Assembly (NCBI RefSeq): GCF_006345805.1
Contig: NC_043001.1
Span: 52,266,001-52,330,000, forward strand
Reading direction: 5' to 3'
Origin: Octopus sinensis
Taxonomy: Eukaryota
Length of the DNA stretch: 64,000 nucleotides
The notes below the pieces were generated by a model, which saw only the letters and a list, made by a program, of their open reading frames with translations, had not been told where the DNA came from and searched no databases. Of this stretch, positions 53,885 to 64,000 are shown piece by piece (the first letter of the stretch is position 1; each line of letters begins with the position of its first letter). Position numbers and translations under genes: made by a program.

Positions 53885-54815
53885 GGTATTTAGGCAGTGC
53901 GTTCCATATCCCAGGATTCCAATGATTACAGGTATAAACCTGAACTTGTGATATGGATAGAGTAATTGCAGACTCATCAATAGTTCAGCATAGGTGTTCT
54001 CTTTTTCTGTGATCTTCAGCTTTACGTTAGCATCCTCTGGGCAGCTCATTTCCACAACTGTACACAGTTTCTCTTCTCTCTTCCAAATCATTATATCAGG
54101 TCTGTTGTGCTTACATTTTATTTTGGGCTTCACTGGTACATTCCACCAGTATTCCTGTTTATTATGAGTAGGTATGGCTTCTACCACATTGTGGGTTCTT
54201 ATTTCTTTGTCCTCGGGATTATCCTTCCGACGGATTTCGTTATAGAGTGTTCTAGCTACAACGTCATGTTTTATCGGTATTAATACCGTGATGACATTTT
54301 CGGACAACTGCTTATGATGTGGATTACATCTTCAGTGTGAACTCCACAAAGTCTGCATCGGTTGTCACATTTTACGGCTTTTCCTGCATCTTTATCCCTG
54401 TTGTGCATCAGGTACTTGGTTGATATTTCCTGTTCCTAGATTTCAAACGCATACCCTTCAATGTAGGAGGTGGTAATCTGGCTTTTGGTCTATGATAAAC
54501 TGCTTTGATGATCGATTTTACTATCATCACGGAGCTTTCTACTAATATATTCATGCATAATCTTCTGCTCGTAAAGGTTCATCCTTTCATCTGATGATAC
54601 GTTGCGGCAGTGTCGTGCAACTTCTTTGGGCATGTATTCTAGATTATCAGACAAAGCGTGTTGCTCAAGGAACTGTCTTCCATGTTTTGTAATGTTATCA
54701 GCCTCATGTATGCAAACTTGGCCAAGGAATGCACTTCCACACTTAGTTGTTAAAAGATATTTCCGAAGGGATATGATGCGACATTCAAATGTACTTTGGA
54801 TCGATGTTAAGCCGC
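53885..54815 (-). mobile_element. R4/Dong- or NeSL-like RLE LINE 3' fragment lacking its C-terminus and UTR
   Basis: GLTSIQSTFECRIISLRKYL, CRLCGVHTEDVIHIISSC, HDVVAR and HNRPDIMIW...VVEMSCP...KENTY...IPVIIGILG. Confidence 0.88.
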
Positions 54816-55674
54816 ATGTAATGAATGTATATATGTATGTGTGTATGTATGTATGTATGTATGTAGACATTACCGTTTCATTATAAGGAAGTTGAACAAC
54901 ATACATACATACGTACGTATGTATGTATGTATTTATGTATGTATTTATGTATGTATGTATGTATGTAGTATGTATGTATGTATGTATGTATGTAGAGGTT
55001 ACCGTTTCATTATAAGGAAGATGAACAACAACACACATACTCCAGTAAGGCTCTCTTGCAAGCAATGGCCTCCTGCTCTTTGAATTATTCTACACCAGGT
55101 AGAATAGTTATGATTTCTACGGACAAAGTGACAGCAAGTTTTCGTTTATTTATTCTTTCATTCATACTTATTCAGTTTTCCTCCTTTGTCTACACTTTCG
55201 ACCCTTTGTCTACTCTTTCGACTGTTTGCATCAGCCTACACGTTTTTACTCGTATTTTCTGACAGACACGCGTCCTGGTTTTAAAATTAGACCAGCCATG
55301 TGCACTTATACTAAAAGATAGCTTGGAGCCAAACGTTATATAAATCTTGTGAATTATCGTGTTTCCACAGTAAGAAAGCTTTAGTAGTGTTTAAAATGAT
55401 ATATATAGTGTGTTTAAAATGACATATATATATATTCAGTGAGAAAGATAGATAGATAGAGAAAGAGAGAGAGAGAAAGAGAGAAAGTACAAACAATATG
55501 GAAGTTTTTAATGCCTAATAATATGTATTATAAAATAAACATAAAACGGCAGTGAATGTGAGAGTTAATGTGAATAGATACAACGATTGCTGTACGAAAT
55601 TTCTATAGGGCTATGTGCACGTTTATGTGCTTGTGTGTATGCACCTCCCCCAAAAAGAGACCAAGTCATACACA

Positions 55675-55714
<40 letters not shown>

Positions 55715-55733
55715 ATATAAATGTATATATATA

Positions 55734-55816
<83 letters not shown>

Positions 55817-57877
55817 ATAATATATATATATATGTATGTATATAGCTTGACACAAAAACTATAAACATATTTATTATACAACTATTGCTGTTGAAACAAA
55901 TATAGCATAACAGATCTTAGAATGTGAAGTAAATAATTAACTATAAATCAAATTGAATGTTCCTCTGAAGTCATATAAACTAAGTGAGCTCTGTAATTAA
56001 CCATAGAAAACATCATTTCACCCCAGTTTGAAATTTCGCATTAATATCTCTGATTTAGCATTAAATATATAGTACAACTACACACGATTCCGTTTAGACA
56101 TAAACTCTCCCTAGAAACATCTGAGATATTTACCAAACCGTTTTGTCTCTTAGATAACAGCATAGCTGAAAAGCCGCATATGCATATCAAATATATTTCT
56201 CAATTTGCGAAACATGCCACAGGTAAATTTTATTTTACGACTCTTATTCTGGAAGTTGGCGTTCGTGCTATATCTAATTACGCTCAAAATTGCAGTTCGT
56301 TGTGCTTTTGAGAAATGAACTTGCTGGGTATGTATTTATGAATAGCTATTAGTCACTGATTGTGATGCAAGGAAATGTACCGACAGGCTGATATTTTAAG
56401 AAAGATAGTGACATTTGAGAAAATTGTGATATAATTGTAGTAGGCCAGACTTACAAAGAAGCAAACAGCCAACAGCAAATCATACAATGATTAACTATTG
56501 ACTGTTTCATAATAAAATTGAAATATATTTTATTTATTTACATCAATGTTTGACCAGATTTATACTCCTCGCCAAGTCCTTGCATGCCTAAACTCCAGTA
56601 TTTCAACACTGATTTTTATAGTCGCTGCAAATGCTATTTGCCTTGGTGAATATATGTGTGTATGGTTTCAAAAATTAGCTTCACAACACTGTGGTTTCTA
56701 GATCAAACCTACTACACGGCAACTTCTGTCTTAACCTTGTGCTGACCAAAGTTGTATGAGTGAAACTCGCGAGCAGGTTCCTCTGTAGAATCTTAACTGA
56801 GATTCTGTTTCTGATCTAAAATAACAGTTAACCTATCACTCAGGTTAACTCCACCAGTAGGTTTTTTGTAGTCGTGCGTTTGGCTACATCGTATCTTCCT
56901 TCACTTATCCCAAATGAAACTCACCCCTTAACAGACGGTGAAAAGTAAACTTCAACTCCTGCATTCCCCTGATGCCTCGCTTTTCGTAGACTTTGTAAAG
57001 GAAATGCAAGGGTAAATTATCTAGATGCTTTTGGGGTATGGAAATAAGATGGTGCTGCATTGAACATTAAACATATCAGTGAATCTGAACATATGTGGAT
57101 TATGCAAACGGCAAAACTATCTTATTCTGGGAAACCCCAACATTTCCAGAAGCTAACTAAATGTCAAATTATGTGTTTTAAATAAGTGCACACATTTTTG
57201 AAAGAACATTCCAGCTACATGGAGATGGAAATGACTATATGATTAAAAGATTATATAATAGCAATGTATTACAAAGTTACATATATCTATTCGGATAAAT
57301 TTTATTTACTTCGGAATATAATTTTCAAGAATCTACTTAAGCTTATCACGAATGTAAACCTGTGTATACACATTAGGATGCTTTCTCTATATACTTTTAA
57401 TAAAATTATTTTCCCCTTTTACTAAGAACTGTACAAATGTCAGGGAGGGATTTTATCTTTTAAAAGTAACTAGCAACACCTTGTGTCCTGTATATTATCT
57501 TTTTGGTATGCCCGGGCAGGACAAAAAATTAAGTTTTTGAGTCATTCTCCAGCGACTCATTAGAGTCTAGCGTATAATCACACACATGCATACACAAGTT
57601 TAAGCACTCACATATATAAACATATGTACGTGTTGTATGTACATATATATTTATGTATACCTATCGCCTATAAATATATATATGTATGTATACATACATA
57701 TATATATACATACATATATATATATCTGCATCTACATACATTGGGTTCTAACAACTGCTTTACTGAATCTATACAACTAAGCAGAGTCCTAATACAATTA
57801 TACATCAATGCAGGTGTACATATTTACATAGATAAACATACGTACATATATACATCTATATATTAAATAAGCTTAAA

Positions 57878-58789
57878 GTGCAATGATTAAGGAAAATAGT
57901 ATAATAACGGGGCATGTTAGCCCTCGACAGAAAAAAAATGAAGGCTTCCCTATCCTCGTGGGTTTCAAACCCTCATCCCTTTGTTAATATGACTGAGTGT
58001 GTTACCTTTACACCGGCGAATTAGCCTCCCTCTTTTTGTCACATTTAAGAACTGTATTAGTTGGTATTTGTTTTATGTAAACAAACATTCTATATATACT
58101 TTAGTTGTGAATGGTTTTGTTATACGGTGCCGTATTTTACATCACTGTAAATAATAAAGGTATTTTCATATAAGTTTATAGCTTATGGCGATCACTGTGC
58201 AATGACTAAGGAAAATAGTCTAATAACGGAGCATATAAACCTTCGACAGGAAAAAAAGAAGGCTTTCCTATCCGTGTGGGACTCGAACCCACATCCCTAT
58301 GTTAATGCGACTAAGTTTGTTACCTTTACACCAGCGAATTATCCTCCCTCCTCTAAAATTTAAGAACTATATTAGTTCGTATTTGTTTTATGGATGTGGG
58401 TTGGAGGGATGTGGGTTGGAGGGATGTGGGTTGGAGGGATGTGGGTTAGAGGGCTGTGGGTTAGAGGGCTGTGGGTTCGATGGATGTGGGTCGAGGGATG
58501 TGGGTTCGAGGCCTACGCGTATAGGAAAGCCTTCTTTTTTTATCGAGGGCTTATATGACCCTTTATTAGACTATTTTCCTTAGTCATTGCACGGTGATCG
58601 CCATAAGCTATAAGCTTGTATAAGAATACCATTATTTACACGATTGTAAAATACAGCGCCGTATAACAAAAGCATTCACATTGAAAGCATATATAGAAAG
58701 TTTGTTTACATTAAACAAATACAAATTAATATAGTTCTTAAATTTGATAAAAAGGGGGAGGCTAATTCGCTGGTGTAAAGGTAATACAC
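57878..58789. repeat. About 319-bp unit containing a tRNA-like sequence: two minus-strand copies, a 15-bp minisatellite, and an inverted permuted copy
   Basis: tRNA-like segments lie at 57951-58022 and 58269-58340 on the minus strand. Eight ggatgtgggtt(c/g/a)gag units occupy 58392-58510. A plus-strand copy spans 58496-58789. Confidence 0.9.
58269..58340 (-). pseudogene. tRNA-like sequence (A box, B box, intact T arm; no proper anticodon arm)
   Basis: TGGTGTAAAGG A box; GTGGG TTCGAGT CCCAC T arm; 5 of 7 acceptor pairs; a T-run follows. Not a credible functional tRNA. Confidence 0.6.
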
Positions 58790-61700
58790 TTTTGTGAATC
58801 AATGATCTATCCCTATATCTCTTTCTCTGTGTGTGTATGTCTCTCTCTCTGTCTCTCCTTCTCTCCGCCTCTCTAACATTCCACGGAACAAATGAAGCAA
58901 GTAAACAGGCATTAATGAAAATATCCCTCCAAAATGTACTGTGAACGAATATAGTGTGATTCGAAAATATTACACTGTTTGTTGGTGTAGTTGCTGTTGG
59001 CTTACTCGCCAAAATATATTTCATCATATGGATTGTAAACTTAACAAGCATGAAATAGTTGTAGCGATTATGCAGTTCATTATAAGCAAAGTCCAAGTTT
59101 TATACGTTATCACACTAGAAATGGGGCAACTTACTGTGAAACGGTTTCATAGGCTATATTCAATAAGATAACAAACAGCTAGAAAGGCTTGGAGTGATAG
59201 CGCTTGTGACTCAGTATACAAGAGCAAAGAATTTAAAATGCGTTTGTGACAATTCTAATGGTGGTCTCAATCTGTTCGTATAGTTTAATCTAGACTGCTG
59301 TTGAATCTTTAATGACAGATATCTGTGCTTCGATGCTGCCGGGAACACATTTTAGTTTTAGATCAGTTATTGTAAACGTTATTTGCTAAACAACTTCGAG
59401 AAAATTGTCCCTTTGTTGATTTAACAGGTCTTTAATACTGTTAACAAGGAGACACTTTGCAGACCGTTCTTAGAAAGCTGGGTTGTCATCTAAATTTTGT
59501 GCAATAGTTTATGAAACACTATCAAAATATGAAGTCTACATTTACTTTCAACATGTTATTTTCTGGTGAAATAACAATAAACACAGTGTGCTTTCTACCC
59601 AGTGATCTGAATGTCAAAAATGAAGAAACGGTGATATCCTAAATCGTATCAAATGTCAACTATAGAGAAACGGTGATATCCTAACTCTTTCCTTATGCTC
59701 CGTTATATGACATGCATCGATATTATAGAAAGTAATGTTTCCATTCTTCCTTTTAACCCTTAGTGATGCTTTAACATTAATGTAGTATAACCCCTCTGAT
59801 TTCTGCAATGTTGGGCATAAGTAGATATTATTTAGCTGACGACGCTCTACCAAAAGCACAGATATACAAAAAAGCTATTCAGTACGTTACTAGCTTACAT
59901 CAGGATTGCCTTATAAGGACCTGATATGCACCATTATTTGGAGCCTGAAGCGAGGCGGATACATGAAGAAACCGAGTAATGACCCGTCAGGAGTGTACCT
60001 ACCTCTGTTTTGTAAACGTCAACAACATAGAATGTACATAAATTCATATTTGAACAACTGCGAGACTTCAAGATATATGAATACACACACAGACTCATTC
60101 AGTTTACTTCCGTCTTATTGTACCTAAGCAAACAATTATGATTGCGATGGCTTGCATAGTTATAGCAGTAAGCTTATTTCTAGTACCGAGTTTAGCATTT
60201 TTTTAAATATTTGACTGAATCTTATGGATTATGTCTTAAAAAGTGTTCCCCTTGATAATATATATTGTATCTAATTAAAGTTTACATTTACGAAGGTCCT
60301 TGATCCTTACTGTAGAGAAAAAACTCTCTTTAGTACATTAATCGAATCATATACACATGATTAACACCTTTATCTCATGCGGATAATTATGAAGATGTGA
60401 TGAATTTCTCCATAGCATGAAATAACTAAATAGTAATTGAATACATAACGTTCAACATCCAGAAATGTAGTCTGTTGCTTAAGCCTTTTCGATAATCAAT
60501 GATGATCAGTAACTTGCTGTAATTCACAACCCTAATATTCCTCCGATATTTTTGTCTCTGGTAAGATGTTAATATTTTCCGTCCTCTATTGATATTGTTG
60601 TTAAATAAATCACTGGTTTGTAGTTGTTGCTATTAAAAAAAAAATACAAATTGTTTCCTCCTTACGTTATTTCTGATCACTTATGTAATTCATTAAACAT
60701 TATAAAAATATATTTACCTCTGTTACTTTGGTAGTTTAAACTTAATTGATGAATTTATTGACTCGTTGAGCTTTTCATATGTTCTTGAGCCTTTTTTATT
60801 GCGTGGTAAAATTGATAGACGCCTTTACAGTGCCATAACGTTATCTGTTTCCTTCCTTATCCATTCTCTACTTCCATCTTTAACTGGTCGACATACATTT
60901 CCAAAATCATTGATTGGGTATCTTTCATTGTGATGTTGTGTTGCGCATATAGATGTTTCACTAGAAATTTTCAGTATATTTTTTCCATATTTTACAAAGT
61001 ATCTTATCTCCCATATCTTTGTGGGGATAAGTTGATTTCTTGTTTTGAGTTTTTGATACATCTTCACCTTTCTGATATTTTCATGTTCAGCGTTTCTTTT
61101 TCTTAATACACGTTGTCTTTTCAAATTCCATTAACAAGCAGAAAAATATTCCCTATTATTAAAAAAATTCTTTTGTATATGCTCTTTCGAGTGCATTTTT
61201 GTGTGAATATATGTAAGGTTCAATTTACAATATAAAGATATGGATCTAGCTCCCAACAACACGTCCATAAAACTGAGTAAATTAGATTATTTAGTTTACT
61301 GATATACTTTTTTGTTTCAGTGAAAATAGTCTATTGTAGAACAATGGCGATTATTTTCCGGAGAACCGTGTTTACTCGTAACTCCAGGAATAGGTTCCGT
61401 TCATCCATATTGAGTGGTGATGTTATGGCAAGTACTACTCTTTTATTTATTATATCATTGGCTTTGCTCTGTTTATTGTGAACAGCGTTGTTCTATTAGT
61501 TTTAATGTGCTGCTTTTTATGTGGCTGCCTGTTTTAATACTCGTATCCTTAGAGCTACGTATTGCCATGAATTATTTTCTTTGTTTTATTTCTTGGTATT
61601 TACTTCTTTATTCTGATAAGTATGCATCTTTCTTGTATGTTCGATTCTTTTGAGATATTTGAAGCTGTAAATATATTAATACTTTATATGAGACATGCAT

Positions 61701-62054
61701 CTCGTTGTCCCAAATTGTAGGTTCGTGTGCTACTACTAGAGGAAAGAGCCCTTTTGAGAAAAAAATGTGGAAAAATTATATTAAATTTTAAGGGGCGAAA
61801 TCAGCAAGACCGGATTCAGATCAAGTAAAAACAAAAAGAAAAAACCAGAAAAAGGACCCTTTTAGTCGAAAAGTTCAAAAGTGCATAGACTATACGTCAA
61901 GGTTTTACACTAAATGAAAGGCCCGAAACAACGTGTTTTCCCTTGTTCCCTTCCAGCCTTCTCACTTGTATATATTTAATTTAGACTGGTAGGCTTATCC
62001 GTCGCGTGAATCTTCCCAATCTTACTTTACCTAATATAAAATAATGATACTTAC

Positions 62055-62118
<64 letters not shown>

Positions 62119-62164
62119 GTATAAATAATGATACTTTATAAATATATACATATATAACTTATGT

Positions 62165-62465
62165 GTGGAGGTGCAATGGCCCAGTGGTTAGGGCAGAGGA
62201 CTCGCGGTCGGAGATGATCGTGGTTTCAATTCCCAGACCAGGCGTTGTGTGTGTTTATTGAGCGAAAAACACATAAAAGCTCCACGACGCTCCGGTAGGG
62301 GGGGCGAGCCCTGTTGTACTCTTTCGCCACAACATTCTCTCACTCTCTGTTCCTGTTTCTTGAGTAACGATGCGATGGACTGGCGTCCCGTCCAGCTGGA
62401 GAGAACATATACGCCACAGAAACCGGGAAACCGGGCCCACGAGCCTGATTAGGCTTCAAAAGGCC
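62165..62465 (+). mobile_element. tRNA(Arg)-like-derived SINE; same head and body as 6219-6609 but a different tail
   Basis: gtggaggtgcaatggcccagtggttagggc...ggtttcaattccc. It matches the 6.2 kb SINE up to tcctgtttct (62360), then continues gcgatggactggcgtcccgtccag. Confidence 0.9.
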
Positions 62466-62675
62466 GTCGTTTATCGTTATCGATATAAATTATGCAAGTC
62501 AAAATCACCTAAGGAATACGAGAACCAATAAAATTCCAGTTCAACTACGTTAACATTTCTGCGAAAAGGTATATTTATATCTTTTAGATTCCTTATACAT
62601 ATAAATACATAAATACACAGAATAAATTTATTCCCAACATATATTTAAAACTTTGTTTTAATTACACAATTTTCT

Positions 62676-62866
62676 TTTATTCTTTTATTTGTGTAAGCCA
62701 TTCGACTGCGGCCATACTGGAGCACCGCCTTTAGTCGAACAATTCGTCCCCAGGACTTCCACTTTGAAAACTAGTACTCATTTCATCGGTCTCTTTTGCT
62801 GAACCGCTAAGTTACGGGAACGTAAACACACCAACATCGGTTGACAGACAATGGTGGGAGACTAAC
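62676..62866 (-). mobile_element. 3' half of a further octopus-type SINE
   Basis: gactgcggccatactggagcaccgcctttagtcga...gaaccgctaagttacggg. The complementary tail ggtgctccagcatggccgcagtca also occurs at about 15570. Confidence 0.8.
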
Positions 62867-62887
62867 ACACACACACACACACACACA

Positions 62888-62956
<69 letters not shown>

Positions 62957-63048
62957 TAAATTCTCATGAAGATAGTTTCTATATAAGCACATACAAACAT
63001 ACATACACATATAGATAAACGCACAACTATATATATATATGTATATAT

Positions 63049-63140
63049 AGTTCAGTAAAAGTTAGATTCAGATGAAGATGGTACTTAAGTTAAATGTACC
63101 AGAATTAGTATGGTATTATCCATATAATTCTAAATGGGGT
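63049..63140 (+). repeat. Short copy of the 9535 repeat start
   Basis: agttcagtaaaagttagattcagatgaagatggtac...tagtatggtattatccatataatt matches 9535-9620. Confidence 0.85.
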
Positions 63141-63149
63141 TATTATTTG

Positions 63150-63208
<59 letters not shown>

Positions 63209-63859
63209 GTGTGTGTGTGTGTGCGTGTGTGTTTAAAGTAAGTATCGTTATTTATATTCAGGTTAGTGGATTCATAGAAACTTTATAGGGGAGACAATTT
63301 AGATAAAGAAAGATTGAGAAGATTTATGCGACAGATAATGCGACAGCTAACGCATACCAATTTAAATTAAAAGTAGATCTCCATTTATGAACACACACAC
63401 ACTCACACACAAGCACACACACACTCACAGATACACAAGCACACGCACAGATAAAGAATTACTGCTTAGATTTTAGTGTATGTTTTAACAAAACAAGTTT
63501 TAAAGGAGATGGAAAATTACCTTTTGCTGAACAGTTTATACTGTCATCAGCTTTTCAAAGTTTAAAGTAACATATTTATGTTTTTACCAAAACAGTTTAC
63601 TCAAACCGAGTCGACTCAGTTTCTTTATGTTATTGATTTTATTATAGTCACTGCTTTTCGTTGAGTGTTCTATCAATTCAAATTCAACGAAATGCTGCAG
63701 GAAAACCTATCTTAAGTTTAGTCTTAAATTTCTAATTCAAATTACTTCAATCAACATACATATTCAAATGTATGCACACACACATGACATTTTGGTGTTA
63801 TTGCTGCTTTAATATTGGATTTATGCCATTTCAGTTTCAGAAAATAATAATGACAGGCA

Positions 63860-64000
63860 TTCGGCTTACTCAAGAAATGAAGAAGCATGCTGTAGTTGTG
63901 GCCATAAAGGCTGAGCATACCTATTTGCAAAAGATATCCTTGTGTCAGAAGGAACAATCAGAAATTTTTTCTAAGAAGACATCCGGTACAAGTCTAACCA
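63860..64000 (+). mobile_element. Possible Tc1/mariner-superfamily transposase 5' remnant
   Basis: MTGIRLTQEMKKHAVVVAIKAEH resembles the start of such transposases as I recall them; cut off by the window edge and not verified. Confidence 0.35.

Noticed and set aside
55185-55240. CTGATGC...GAAAGAGTA on the minus strand
   Set aside because: A9 is missing and helices II and III do not pair.
58392-58510. 15-bp tandem repeat as a CRISPR array or a GCGLE-repeat protein (ORF 58299-58583)
   Set aside because: There are no spacers, the context is eukaryotic, and the unit derives from the neighbouring tRNA-like T arm.
59885-60010. GC-richer block with a minus-strand GT donor (gat|gtaagc)
   Set aside because: All three minus frames contain stops before the donor; a UTR exon cannot be supported from sequence alone.
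60825-61124. 99-aa minus-strand ORF as an exon
   Set aside because: It has no true ATG start, no recognisable motif and no clear splice sites. The A-rich strand bias suggests a decayed LINE or chance.

Overview
AT-rich, microsatellite-dense eukaryotic genomic DNA whose SINE families and (TA)n/(TAA)n/(ATCT)n/(CA)n load resemble an octopus (cephalopod) genome; the taxon is an inference from recognised repeats. I found no confident host gene, only one weak exon candidate at about 29.6-29.8 kb, and no intact TE ORF. The window is a mosaic of decayed mobile elements: (1) a Mag-like Ty3/Gypsy provirus at 2.36-7.22 kb plus a second Gypsy remnant; (2) several R4/Dong-like restriction-endonuclease LINE pieces, most tied to (TAA)n arrays; (3) RTE, CR1-like and L1/Tx1-like LINE pieces; (4) mariner transposons; (5) tRNA-derived SINEs; (6) several Penelope-like element (PLE) remnants. 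Most long ORFs in the supplied track are translated microsatellites. The most notable signal is a group of hammerhead-ribozyme-like motifs at 48.4-51.8 kb among PLE remnants. Several have non-canonical cores (CCGACGA, CUGUAGA, CUGAUAA). One is opposed by a 34-bp antisense fold-back, and one is a nested dimer lying between direct repeats. Also notable are a repeated, inverted tRNA-like Pol III unit with a B-box-derived minisatellite, an R4-to-PLE fusion, and a recent chimeric duplication. All folds, alignments and identities were done by eye, and element boundaries are approximate unless a TSD or TIR is cited.
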